DNA of 64,000 nt from Sphaerodactylus townsendi (lineage: Eukaryota). The stretch spans positions 125,426,001-125,490,000 of the forward strand of contig NC_059427.1 of NCBI RefSeq assembly GCF_021028975.2. The letters run 5' to 3'. Of the stretch, positions 1 through 12,114 are shown in pieces. Within the stretch, counting starts at the first letter, position 1; every line of letters begins with the position of its first letter. A program made the translations under genes and the position numbers. The notes beneath the pieces were generated by a model that ran no database searches, had not been told where the DNA came from, and worked only from the letters and a program-made list of their open reading frames with translations.

Positions 1-238
1 ACATACAAATAATCATTGGAACTTCTGGAGATGATCAAGTGGTAAAAGTATCTTTGCTACGAAGAGCTCAAGGCAGCTATGACTAAACCAGTTTACATTT
101 GCCTACAGTTCTCCACAGTGACTATTAAGATAGTTATTCAACCCATTTGTTAGGTGATCAGCTGTCTGTATGAGTCTCCCAAGCTTTAGCAATTCAGCAG
201 CTATTTCTCCCCCAAAAAGCACTCTGGCAATCCTATTA

Positions 239-491
239 CCCTGTTTCCCCAAAAAGAAGACATCCCCTGAAAATAAGACATAATAGAGGTTTTGCTGAAG
301 TGCTAAATATAAAGCATTCCCCGACAGTAAGATGTAGCAAAGTTTTTGTTTGGAAGCATGCCCGTCGAACAGAACACCAGAGAATGCAGCTGTGGAGCGG
401 AAAAATAAGACATCCCCTGAAAATAAGACATAGCGCATCTTTGGGAGCAAAAATTAATATAAGACACTGTCTTATTTTCAGGGAAACACGG
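239..491. mobile_element. Tc1/mariner(pogo)-superfamily MITE
   Basis: Terminal inverted repeats CCCTGTTTCCCCAAAAAGAAGAC / GTCTTATTTTCAGGGAAACACGG flanked by TA (237-238, 492-493); internal repeats of AAAATAAGACA. Confidence 0.8.
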
Positions 492-1309
492 TATCTCTCC
501 ATTATTCAACAATCATCTATATCCTCAAGACTTCCAGAGAATATGACACTTCAACTGGTTTGAGCTTCTACTAGCTCCCAGCTACACTTTACTGAAAGAG
601 ACAAGCTGGAAACAGTGCAGACAGGGTCTAGCACTTGCCTCCCCAGAAGCCCTGGAGACCTTCAATTTGACAGGTGGACTAGTTTGGATTCATTTTTAAT
701 CTACTAGTCTTGGTAACATCAAGGATTGGAAAGTAAAAGCTTGTTTTTGGGAAAAGAAGCAGCCTCTTCATCTCTCTTACTCCCTGTCATCATCAGTCTA
801 TTACTTTTCTCTTCTCTTAATGGATCTGCAACAAGCTTTCTAAAATACTGAAGGATAACCAGTCAAGAATGTAATTCCAAATATTGCTTTCTTTTTCCCC
901 TTTCTTTTCCTGTATTATGTTCTTTTTTGATAAAAAAATAAAATTTTATTCAAAAAACACAAATTATTTACATCCTCAAGTGGCTCCATGCCCAAGCCAC
1001 TCATAAAGCCCTCTGGGGATAGGGCAGGATATAAATTTAATAAATAAAGCCTTTGGTTTAACTTTGTTTTCTTCACCCATAGCTAGAATAAATGCTTATT
1101 ACTGGCGACTGCATTTGTGTATATTCACCTGTATATCCTACCCTCTCTTTTCTTCCTCAAGTAACTCCCTCATTGGGGAAACATGGATTATACATTCTTT
1201 GGAACACTTTATTTTTGCTCATATTACTCTAAAGCAGCAAGAAAACAAAAGTATTAGACTGAAGAAGAGAGGGGAGTATCACCATTCATATATTCTAATA
1301 GTGAAGTTG

Positions 1310-2156
1310 GTCAAATTAGGTGGAGTAGCTAATACCTCAGAGGACAGGGTTAGAATTCAAAATGAGCTGGACAGATTAGAGAGCTGGGCCAAAACTAATT
1401 TCAACAGAGATGAATGTAAGATACTACACTAAGGCAGAAAAAATGAAATGCACAGATATAGGATATGTGACACCTGGCTAGACAACAGTACATGTGAAAA
1501 GGATGTGGGAGTATTAGTAGACCACAAATTGATCATGGGTCAGCAGTGTGATGTGGCAGCCAAGAAAGCCAATTTAATTCTGGGCTGCATCCAGAGGAGT
1601 ATAGTGTCTATATCAAAGGATGTAATAGTACCACCCTATTTTGCATTGGTCAGACCTCACCTGGAATACTGTGTCCAGTTCTGGGCACGACAATTCAAAA
1701 AGGATATTGACAAACTGGAATGGGTCCAGAGGAGGTTGATCAAAATGGTAAAAGATCTGGAATCCATGCCCTACATGGAAATACTTAAGGAGCTGGGTAT
1801 ATTTAGTCTGGAGAAGAGAAGGTTAAAGGGTGACATGATAGCCAGGTTTAAATATTTGAAAGGATGTCACATTGAAGAGGGAGCTTGTCTTCTGTTGCTC
1901 CAGAGGACAAGGAGTAATGGATTCCAGGTGCAGGAAAAGAGATTCCACCTAAACATTAGAAAGAACTTCCTGACAGCAAGGGCTTTTCGACAGTGGAATA
2001 CACTGCCTCCGAGTGTTGTGGAGTTTCTGTCTTTGGAAGTTTTTAAACAGAAGCTGGATAGCCATCTGTCAGGAGAGCTTTGATTGTGTATTCCTGAATG
2101 GAAGGGGGTTGGACTTGATGTCCTTTGTAGTTTCTTCCAACTCTAAGATGCTATGA
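1310..2156 (+). mobile_element. CR1 LINE, 5'-truncated 3' fragment (end of ORF2 reverse transcriptase plus 3' tail)
   Basis: ORF 1448..2083 has classic CR1 ORF2 C-terminal motifs (QQCDVAAKKAN.ILGCI, LVRPHLEYCVQFW, FSLEKRRL.GDMI, RF.LNIRKNFLT, VFKQKLD.HLSG). It ends in a CR1-like TTCCAACTCTAAGATGCTATGA tail. Confidence 0.92.
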
Positions 2157-5100
2157 GGATTCTTAAATCCAGAAACTGGACCCATAAACAAACAAGTTAG
2201 ATCTTTTTAAAAACCTGAAAAACACCATAAGTTTGAAAGTTCTAAAATCTTTTTTTAAAAACCCAACTATGGGAGAGTTTAAAAAACCCAAAATGATAAA
2301 AAGGGGCAGCTGTGGCTTTAAAAAATGAAAGCCTTCAGTGGCGGCCGCTAGGAAACCAAAGCATTCTAGGCTTGGTTTTTGTCAGTAAATGGCAGGAGGT
2401 TGGGCAGGGTCTTTTCCAGCACTGTTTTAGCCTTTGAGGGTGGACTTACTGAGACCAGGCCTGGAAGCAATCAATGGGTGACTTGATACCACCAGATCTG
2501 CATGGCTCACCCAGGCCTGGCTGCTTGCTATTGTTCAAAACCAGCCACACTATTGAAAGCCAGTGTGGTATAACTGTTAAAGATTCAGAGTAGGGTCTGC
2601 AAAACCCAGGTTCAAATCACCAGTCTGCAAAAGCAGCTCATCAAATTATGTTCAGCCAGTTATACACTTTCAACTTAACCTACCTTCACAGGTTGCTGTG
2701 AGGAAAAAAAGGAGATGAAAATTATGTAAGATGCTTTGGTTCCTACTGTAGAGAAAGGCAAGGTATCAATGAAGTAAATAAATAATGAATGTAGCTTAAG
2801 AGAGGCTGGTGAATGGCTGAGAAGAAAATGACACAAGGAAAGGGAAGATGATATAAGGATAGCCAAGAGAAGGGGGAAAGAAAATGGGGGGGGGGGGGTA
2901 CAGAGCAAAATGATGTCCCCATCCTTCTGCACAAGTCTTTGCGGGTTCCCTACTATGCAAATGGGTTTGGCTCAGCAGCCAGCACCACATAACTGGGCCA
3001 GAGTTTTCCTAGGTAGAGGCTGCTGGGAAGAAGCTGAAGAAAGAGACATAAAGGTAGATTGGCTGTTGTATGCGAAGGAGAGAAGGAAGCAGAAAAAGAG
3101 GAGAGGTTGTGAGGGCATTTAAGGAAAAGTAAAGAAGAATTAATGGAAGAAGGGGAAATGAGATGACCCTCTGTTGCGAATTCCCACTTCTATATTCTAA
3201 TAGCAAAATCAGCCAGGACTTAAATCCAGAAACTGGCCCTGTAAACAGACAAGACAGATCTTTCTATTAACCTGAACAATGCCCCAGGTTTGCAGAAAAA
3301 CCTAAAATCTAAAAAAAACCCAAAGGACAAAAAACAAACACTGGAGAGGGTTAAAATACCCCAAATGATCAAATGAGCAACTTTAAAAAACAAATGCCCT
3401 CAGTCACTGCTGTTAGGCAAACACAACAGGCTTACATTCTGTCAGTAAAAGCAGAGGAGGAGACAGGGATCTTTTTGCCTTTGAGTGAGGACTCATTGAA
3501 GCCAGGCCCAGAAGGAACTATTTAGCGACTTGATAGCACATGACTTGCATGACTCATCTAAGTTTGGCTGCTTGCTAATGTTTGACAGCAGCCACCCCAC
3601 AATAGCCAGTGTGGTGGCACTGGTTAGTTTCAGATGAGGATCCTGAATCCCAGTTCTGCCCTGGAAGCTCACTTGGTGACCTTTGGACAATTACACATTC
3701 TCAGCCTAACTGACCTCACAGGCAGGGTCAAGACTGACTGACAATTAAGAGCACATGGACACCTCCTGTGGACCGGCCAGCCCTCAGACAGAAGGCTCAT
3801 CCAGTACCTAGAAGCCTGACCCATCCAAGTCCCAATCAAGGTGGTATCTTGCCAGCCTAAGAGGCAGGGCAGACAAAGCACCACTCAGCCAGTTGCTTAG
3901 GCAAGCCACCTCTCCCTCCCTCCATTCCTGTTTTGGGTGGGAGGGCCAGACAGACTGCCTCTTCCTCTTGATCTCCTCTGGGATGGGGTCAGTTGGGAGA
4001 AGGACCCTGTCCCACGGTTTTTCACTCCCACTCTGGCCCTGTTCATAGGATTGCTCTAAAACGGAAATGGAGAGAATGAAGTAAGATGTTTTGAGTCCCC
4101 ACTGTGATGAAAGATAAACTATAAACTAAGCAAATAAATAATAAATATAGCTGAGGATGGAGTAGATAAAAAGTGGGTGAAAAGCAGAGAAGCTTGAGGA
4201 TGTGGAAGTTGCAAAGTGGCAGGATATAGTGTGTGGAAGATGAGCCCAGAGAAAACAGATGCACTTCCCAAGTCCTTGCACTGTACAACTGGGCTCACCC
4301 TGGTAATGGGTTCCAGGGTTATAGAAAGGCAGAAAACTGAAGATGGGGAGAAGATAAAGCTAGGTTGGTTGGTGGATGAAAGGATCAAAAGCAGGAAAGA
4401 GGGAGATATTATAAAGGTTTTCAAAGAAGGGAAAGAACAAATAGCGTGGGAGAGAGAAATTAATTCCCACAAGCTCTTGTGAGTTCCCGCTTGATGATAC
4501 TGTTATGCATATAACAATAATAAAGCCAACTATCTTACTTCCACCCATTCAGTCTCACTTTCAGGAAATAAAGCTGTCTACACTCCACAGCAGCTCACTG
4601 ATTTTCTATATTCTATTATTATTTATTAATAACATTTGCTTTAATGCACTGTCACACCTTCTCTTGACTCAGTCCTGGTTTCAGTACCTATTCTGTGACT
4701 TCCTGGTTGTTAGTCACTTGGCAGAGCTCGAATGACAGTACAGTTAACAAAGCTTTAAAAGCTCACGTATACTGGCCAATAAATAGATCCCCCCCCCCCC
4801 TTAACTTCCTCAAATTAAGTCAGTAAAGTCTAACAGATTTCCCATGCACAATTAAAGAAATAACCGCCCTGATTCAGAGATGTGCCTTCATTCAATAGTG
4901 AGCTAACAGTGGGATTTAAACAAGAGTACGTCTGTCAAAAATGGCTAATTTAGAAGGAAGGCAGGGGAACAGTTGGCATGTTGAATCCATTCATAATGCC
5001 AGGTAAGATCAGCGAAGATCACAACTGTTATGTTCAGCATTATTCCGGTTAGAGAAGTGGAGGGAAAAGAAAGGACAGCAGCAGATTTCAAAGACACCAC

Positions 5101-5340
5101 TGGTTTGCAGAGATAAGAACCTGGCGAAAAACAGAAGCTGACGCACATACAGGGAGTGGATCTTTTCCACGCAGTAACTATCCCCAGTAAATGAAGGATC
5201 GGTCGGGGGAGGTGGCAATGAGATCTCCACCACTTTTCTCCCCGACAAGGGAATTAGAATAAAGGTCACAGGTTAAGGGGCGGGTCAGGAGGGGCTACAC
5301 CCGGGGCTCGCTCGTTCGCTCAGTCCCTCTCATCCAGTAC

Positions 5341-5377
5341 CTAGAAGCCGCTCGAAAGTTCCTCCGCCTCGCCCCAT
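5341..5377 (-). CDS. HGS: Hepatocyte growth factor-regulated tyrosine kinase substrate (ESCRT-0), coding exon 1 only; the gene continues left of the window
   Basis: Minus strand reads ATG GGG CGA GGC GGA GGA ACT TTC GAG CGG CTT CTA G|GTACTG = MGRGGGTFERLL, matching the remembered HGS N-terminus MGRGSGTFERLLD. It lies head-to-head with ARL16 as in mammals. I did not recognise exon 2 in 1-5340. Confidence 0.9.
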
Positions 5378-5613
5378 CGTGCTCCTCTTCTCAAAACCTG
5401 ACTGGACCGACCGCAGAGGAATGTTTCGCCTTGGACCCGTTTCCGCAGCCTAGGCCCTTCTTCCGGCTTCCGCTCAGCAGTGAGGCGGGACTTCCTGTGT
5501 CAGTGCCTGCCGATTGGTCGGTGTGTTATTCAAGTGACCCGTCGTTCCTCCGTTCCTTTCTCGCGGCTAATTGGTTTAGGAGAGGAGGATGAGCGCTCGG
5601 TTGTTATGGCAAC
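5378..5613. promoter_or_regulatory. CpG-rich bidirectional HGS/ARL16 promoter
   Basis: Only 228 bp separate the divergent ATGs. ETS/GABPA-like CTTCCGG (5460-5466), CTTCCG (5467-5472) and ACTTCCTG (5490-5497); GC box GAGGCGGG (5482-5489); inverted CCAAT boxes ATTGG (5513-5517, 5570-5574); X-box-like GTTGTTATGGCAAC (5600-5613). Confidence 0.75.
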
Positions 5614-8600
5614 GGCCGGCCGCGATGGTTCCACGTTCCTTCTGCTGGGGGCTACAGGCGCTGGAAAGACTCTCCTGGTCAAGCGACTGCAGAATATCCA
5701 TCCCCGCACGGGAAGGAAGGGGGAGGAAGAGGAAGAGTAGGGGGAGGTGAAGAAGAAGAAGGGTCGTTTAAACCAGAGCTCATTTATGTGGTCTGCTGGG
5801 TGGCTGCGGGCGTTAGGAGGGAATGGCTTTGACCTTTGTGTCACCACTTAATGCTCATAAAAAGGGAAACAAGTCTATTGCAGCGCATACGCGAGGTTTA
5901 CGGCATCTCAAACGCCAGCAGGTTTATTGTGGCTTATGTTTAAAAGGACAACAAGGCGACTCCTGGAGGATGTGTTCAATCAGTGGCGACCAGTTGTGAT
6001 GATGAAGGCGCATCTCCTGATCTATCTGACACAGTGATCTTTGTCTTTCCAAATACTTACTGGTCTCTTAGGTGCTCCTGGACTCGAATCTAGAGGCAGT
6101 TCACCTCTGAATACTATAGTCCAGGAGATACCACAGCTGTGAGACAAGATGGGGGAGAGACCTTGACCTCCAGGACCTGTTTGTAGTTGATAACTTTTTG
6201 GTCACTGTGTAAAAGGGGATAGTGGGTTTGATGAACCTCTGGCCTGATCCAACAGGACATCTTTTATGCTCTTATATTTATGCCACAATCCATTCTTGTT
6301 CTTTGTGCATTCTCCTCTAAAGGATCTGGCTTTCCCATTTTTTCTGTCTACTGAATCTAGTCATCCCTTTCTTGCTATCACCTTAACAAACTCTTTAACA
6401 GCTGAGCTCCAGGGATGGTGCCAAGGATCTTGGAGAGCCACCACCTACATTGCCTACGGTATGGCCCTTCTGTGTTGGATTGACTGAATGGTTCTGACTG
6501 GATGACCACTGTACTCAAATTAGGTTGATCTTTCTGAGTTGTTTATTGTTAAATCTAAAGCATAGTATAAGCAATGTCATTGCTGCAGTTAGGGTAACTA
6601 ACATTTGTGATCCATAGAAATCAAAACTGCATTGCTAGTCATGCCTGTGGCCCCTTCCGCACATGCAGAATAATGCACATTCAGTCCACTTTCACAATTG
6701 TTTGAAAGTGGATTTTGCTGTTCCACACAGTAAAATCCAGCTTCAAAGTGCATTGAAAGTGCATTATTCTGCATGTGCGGAAGGGGCCTGTGTGTGTTGT
6801 GTAGATTAAGTTGCTTCAGAGAGAGTTGTCTTTGTGATGAAGGTCAGCTGTGCTGAGATGCCTATACCTGTGTCTTTTTCCACCTGGGTATAAGTATGTA
6901 GTGTGCATGGCCCAAGTTTGTAGTGAGTTATCAGCTTCACTATCTGTTGCATATTGCAAAATTATTCCTTCCCTGATTGTCTGTTTTTGAGAACTAATCA
7001 ATACAGGGATGTAATATTGTTCTCACTTTTTCCCAAAGATATACGTAACTTTTATCAGATCTTAAGAAAAGTTCATGCAGCTACAAACTGGAGAACTTTA
7101 CTGGGAGGAGGAGAGTTTTAGTTAGCCATTATGGTTGCCTGCTAGCCTGGAAGGAAAAAAAGAGTCCTGTTTTTTAAATAGAAATTAATGGGGTGCCAGG
7201 TGATGTTTCTACCTTTATGTCATGAAAAGCTTCAACTGCCCATCACCACATGTGTAGCCATTATTACAGACACAGGACATTTTCTCCTGACTAGTTGGCA
7301 ACCCTGAATGGTATACATAAAGCAGTACTGACTTCAGGAGCATGGTCTTCCAAGCAAGAGACCATTAATCATTTGTGAGTGCATGGGCATGTACCCCAGA
7401 GCTATCTGCATAAATAGCCCATACAAACAAACTACATCAGATTTTCTGGGAAATAGTTTAGGATTCTCCTGGAATTATTATTATTCTCCTGGGATTATTT
7501 ATTTGCAGACTACAGAGATCATTTCCCCTAGAGGAAATGGCAATTTCTGACGGCATTATATCCATGCTAAGCTTCCTCATCTCCAAATTCCAACCTCTCC
7601 TGGAATCCCTTGCAAATCTCCAGTAAATTCTCAAGCTGGACCTGGCAGCCCTAGCTTTTTACAGTGCAGTGTTAAAGGCACTTTCCTTCTGGAGTCTGGG
7701 AGTAAGCCCCACTGAATAGACCCGCATAGGATGGCACTGTTTGTTGCTTCCTGTGGTATAATTAAAGGACAACTACAAAATTCTCTGTATCAGTGTTGAC
7801 TATCTATTCCTTCCCTGTCCGACTTATCTATTTCTTCCCCATCCTCCTTATCTTTAAGCTGTTTATATTCTGCATTATCCTGACCCAAAACAATGTTCAG
7901 ATTCACTCATAGGGATGTTTTGGAAGAGTACTTAAAAATAGAACAAAATACCAATTTTCCACCCTAATTGTGAGCAAAAAGTGGGTATGAGGATGCCTAA
8001 TTAAGACCAAAGAGAAAGCAAAGACTGGTTATATATGTATTTGACAATAGATACTGCATTTGTATGAATGCTTTGTCTAGTGCCCTCAGGGCTCCATCTC
8101 TGTCCTGGTGCCCTTAGGGCTCCATCTCATCATAGTGGACGGTCCCAAGTTCAAACCCTGGCATTTGAAACCATCTCAGATTACAGGTTGAATTCTGTGT
8201 GGAAGCTTGAATGCTTCATATCAGAAAGTGCAGTGTTTTATAGGGCCCAACAGGCCCAATGTTTGTATTTGATGGAGTTATTGTTTTGACATGTTGGACG
8301 TTGGAATGTTGTAAACAGTCCCAATCTCATGAGGGGAGAGGCAGGATAGAAGCTGAATAAACAATAATACTGATCTAATGCAAGTCAAGGCAGCTTCATA
8401 AATACATAAGTAGATTTTGACTAGTAAGTAGATTTCTTTAAGCCTTCTCCTGCTTGGTTGTAGGAAGGAGCTTACAGTGGAATTCCTTTTGAGTCTTTCT
8501 GCATCCTCAGAAGAAGTAGCTGGCAGCAGTAGCACCAGTCACTGTGCAGTACTGCCTATATCAGCTTTAGCAGCACACTTGTTAAAGTCTGACTGGCTGT

Positions 8601-10069
8601 TGTCACCCTGCAGGTAGGCACAAACCTTACTGATCTTGTAGTTGGAAAGAGGATCACAGTTCGAGAACTGGGAGGATGCATGGGGCCCATATGGTCCAGC
8701 TACTACAGTGACTGTTGCTGTGTTTTGGTGAGTTTCTTGATTCATTGTGTAGAACTCAGTCTGTCATAGGGCCAAGTAATCTTTTTTTACTGTCATAGCT
8801 GTGGCTCCGTGCTTGTAGCATTTAAGCTAATGGTCTCATGAAGAAGAAGAGGAGGAGTTTGGATTTATATCCCCCCCCCTTTCTCTCCTGTAAGGAGACT
8901 CAAAGGGGCTTACAATCTCCTTTCCTTCCCCTGCCCTCCCAGCAAATACCCTGTGAGGTGGCTGGGGTTGAGAGAGCTCCGAAGAGCTGTGACTAGCCCA
9001 AGATCGCCCAGCTGGCATGTGTTGGAGTGCACAAGTTAATCTGGTTCACCATATAAGCCTCTACAGCTCAAGTGGCAGAGCGGGGAATCAAACCCGGTTC
9101 TCCAGAGTAGAGTGCACCTGCTCTTAACCACTACACCAGGCTGGTTCTCATTTAATTGTACGTAGCTCAGATATAGAGAAAATGATCATGACGCAAAGTT
9201 GGCTGCTGATTATGCTTTCTTTTTGTTATGCTGATACTATGAAACATCTATTTTCATGATTCCATGCTAAAAAAAACCCTTTCAAGTGATAATCTCACGA
9301 AAATGTGATGATCCAAGCAGTCTGCGAGCAGGTGCATTACCATTTGAAGGGTGTGCATTCATTTCCCTATTTTTCTGCTTGTTTTCTGTAAAAGAAGCCC
9401 TTCTGCAACCAGTCCTCTGCCTTTCAGCTGCCTTTTCTTGATGTCTTCTACAGTATGTGATTGATGCTGCCAAACCCACCCAGATTTCTTCTTCCTGCGT
9501 TCAGCTCCTGTCCCTCCTCTCTGCTGAAGAGCTAACGTCAGTTCCTGTCCTCATCATTTTCAACAAAATGTAAGGAATTTTCAGTTTAAATGTTCAGGTC
9601 AGGGGGATGAGAATGGAGCTGAGATTTAATAGAAGTTTCATGAATTCAACACAGTAGTTTGGCAGCAAATAGTCTTGTGGTGGGGAGGGAGAAAGAAGAA
9701 CCTACAGTTAGCAGGTTAGGAAATGGTCATCTTCCATGGATTTTTTTGCATTTTATCAGCAGAATCCAGACGTGCTATTTATTGAGGCAGATGAGAGTAC
9801 ATAATTCTTCAACAACATAAGAGTCTTGTATCTTAAAGATCAATGTAGCTACCCTCTGAAATTTGTCCATCGTTTTCTCACTTTACTTTGGTTCCAGTGA
9901 CCTACCCTGCTACATGTCCTTAGTGGAGATGAAGTCATTGTTCCGAATTCAGGACATTGTTTCCTGTGCCAAGCAGCCCATCACCATTGTGGAGACGAGT
10001 GCACGTGATGGCACAGGCTTACCTAAAGTGATGCAGTGGTTTTGTTCCATCCTGCATGATTTCAGATGA
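5606..10069 (+). CDS. ARL16: ADP-ribosylation factor-like GTPase 16, complete; join(5606..5693,6400..6458,8614..8727,9454..9569,9898..10069), 182 aa
   Basis: Exons translate MATAGRDGSTFLLLGATGAGKTLLVKRLQ / KLSSRDGAKDLGEPPPTLPT / VGTNLTDLVVGKRITVRELGGCMGPIWSSYYSDCCCVL / YVIDAAKPTQISSSCVQLLSLLSAEELTSVPVLIIFNK / IDLPCYMSLVEMKSLFRIQDIVSCAKQPITIVETSARDGTGLPKVMQWFCSILHDFR*. Contains the P-loop GATGAGKT, ARL16-typical RELGGCM, NKxD and SA motifs. Total 549 nt with consistent phases. Intron 1 is AT-AC, the others GT-AG. Confidence 0.95.
5694..6399 (+). other. U12-type (minor spliceosome) AT-AC intron, ARL16 intron 1
   Basis: 5' end ATATCCAT; branch site CCTTAAC at 6381-6387; terminal AC at 6398-6399. 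This junction keeps the reading frame (A+AG = Lys). Confidence 0.88.
6649..6788. mobile_element. PIF/Harbinger-like MITE (about 140 bp), copy 1
   Basis: TIR GGCCCCTTCCGCACATGCAGAATAATGCAC; 3-bp flanks TGT/TGT. Confidence 0.8.
8840..9140 (-). mobile_element. tRNA-derived squamate SINE (Sauria/Squam-like) in ARL16 intron 3
   Basis: Minus strand has a tRNA-like head (TGGTGTAGTGGTTAAGAGC...GGTTTGATTCCCC) and a (CTT)n-type tail; homologous to 14541-14835. Confidence 0.75.
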
Positions 10070-10193
10070 CCCTCTGGCCTCTGGCGCCTTGTTTAGACCA
10101 TAAACAGAGAAAAGAACCTGGACTAGAAAGCATTAGCAAGACATCTGTGAGAAAAAACTTCTGTCTTGGACACAAATGTGGTTTGAATGTGAA

Positions 10194-10199
10194 AATAAA
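10194..10199 (+). terminator. Probable ARL16 polyadenylation signal AATAAA
   Basis: AATAAA about 125 nt after the stop codon, followed by T/GT-rich sequence. A second AATAAA lies at 10411-10416. Confidence 0.5.
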
Positions 10200-10514
10200 T
10201 GTTTCAATATTTTAGCACATTGTGTTCAACTTCTTCTGGAATGCAGGCAGAGAACGTTTCTATGGCATGGGAGGTAAAATCCATGCAGTCACATACATTT
10301 TTTATGAAGGTCTTCATTTCTCAGTAACCAGGTGACCTCATATTTAATACTAATCTGACATTCTAGTCTGAAATACTAGTCTGTTTCTCTTCGTGATTCT
10401 TTACTGGCAGAATAAATGCACAATTGCTGCAATCTGTTTCATGGGTTTCCAAAGTTTTCTATTGCAGTCGTGCTGCAGCCTTTAATGATTCAAATCATGT
10501 GGGGATGGTTTGTG

Positions 10515-11910
10515 TCGTCCTTGCTTACGATCTAAGAAGGTAAGCAGAGTCAGCCCTGGTTAGTATTTGGTTGGGTAGCCTCCAAGGAATGGAAAAGAAG
10601 AACTCAGGGTGAGAAATATATCGGGCAAAAAGACAGGGTTGGCCAAACCCCAAAAGAACTCGCCACACGACAAGGAGAATTACACTACTATAACGAGTGT
10701 TAATACTAACAGTGACTATAGTATTGCATATATACAATATTACAATATATACAGTATACAATATTAAAGAATGAAGTCCATTCATGAATCCATAAGGTTC
10801 TCCCGATGGTAATAATGTCATATAAATATTTTCATTCACAGTCCAATGGAAAACAAGACGGAATATGGTGGAATCGTAGTCCACTCACCATACTGCCAAA
10901 TAGCACAGATTCAAGAGAACAGCAGAACGCCTGCGCGCTGAAAGTGCGTTTTCGAGCCTTGAGTTTTCTTCAATGCGTGTGCATTATATTAGTACTTGTT
11001 TCCAATAAATATCATTCAAATATTGCTATATGCTGCCTGACAGTTGCTATCTTTTGTGCCCCACAGGTGAAATAATCATTCCCAGGTGTGACTCATTTAC
11101 ACCAACATTTATATTGTGACTCATGCTTCATGCATTGTTAGGCTACAAAGAATCCAAGAAGGGACATCTACTGAATGACTTGTAGCATAGTCTGGTAAGA
11201 AGATATTCTTTGGTGTTATATGAATTGTGAATAATGTTTTAATATATTCCTGGTGTGTATTTAGAATCAAGTATTTATTCAGTATTTATAATTTATTGTA
11301 TATTAATTATTTATATATGTACTTGTAACATTTTTAACAAAATCAATGAAAACAGACACTTTGTATATTTATTAATATTAATATTTATGATCTTTATTGT
11401 AATAACAAGCAATATTAATTTCACTATTTATATATCACAGGCAGCATATAGCAATATTTGAATGATATTTATTGGAAACAAGTACTAATATGATGCACAT
11501 TACTACACTCGAAGAAGACTGCAAGAGTTTCTCCAAAAACGCGATCTCTTTCAGCGCCGCAGGCTGCTCTTGCTGCTCTCTTGATTCTGTGCTATTTGGC
11601 GGTATGGTGAGTGGACTGCGATTCCACCATATTCCGCCTTGTTTTCCATTGGACTGTGAATGAAAATATTTATATGACATTATTACCATCGGGAGAACCT
11701 TATGGATTCATGAATGGACTTCATTCTTTAATGAATTTATGTCACTTTGTGAATATTGTATATATGCAATACTATAGTCACTGTTAGTATTAACACTCAT
11801 TATAGTAGTGTAATTCTCCTTGTTGAGTGGCGAGCCTCCAAGGAATACCAGGATCTTGAGGCAGAAACAGTCGATAGCAAACTATCTCTGAATTTCTCTT
11901 GCCTTGGACA
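10515..11910 (+). mobile_element. 5S rRNA-derived SINE, split by the 10591-11832 insertion
   Basis: 5S internal-promoter-like GATCTAAGAAGGTAAGCAGAGTCAGCCCTGGTTAGTATTTGGTTGGG before 10590; resumes after 11832 with CCAAGGAATACCAGG...GCAAACTATCTCTG...CTTGCCTTG. Confidence 0.65.
10591..11832. mobile_element. Insertion with long inverted repeats, probably a Penelope-like retroelement remnant
   Basis: Arms at about 10659-11039 and 11438-11834 are near-identical reverse complements; the ORF track shows the mirrored peptide MVIMSYKYFHSQSNGKQ on both strands. Flanked by the 14-bp direct repeat AGCCTCCAAGGAAT (10577-10590, 11833-11846). The family assignment is inference. Confidence 0.7.
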
Positions 11911-12114
11911 CACAAAAATCAATTATTTAAAATATTCAACACAGAATATACCCAAAGAGGCGAAGATCTTAAACCATGCAATAAAATATGCAAACAATAT
12001 TAAAATATGTTTATCCTGCCCTTCCATACAGATGTTCAAGACAATTTACTGAGAGTAGCAAACACACATAATCAGAATCACAGGAAAAAAAATGTTTCGG
12101 TAAAAATTTCATTT

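Noticed and set aside
1448-2083. 211-aa ORF as a host gene
   Set aside because: It is the C-terminus of CR1 ORF2 in a 5'-truncated copy.
5480-5740. 86-aa ORF as a single-exon gene
   Set aside because: It is ARL16 exon 1 plus promoter sequence and read-through into the AT-AC intron.
10806-11689. Mirror-image ORFs MVIMSYKYFHSQ... as duplicated genes
   Set aside because: They are a by-product of the inverted repeat and have no recognisable protein features.
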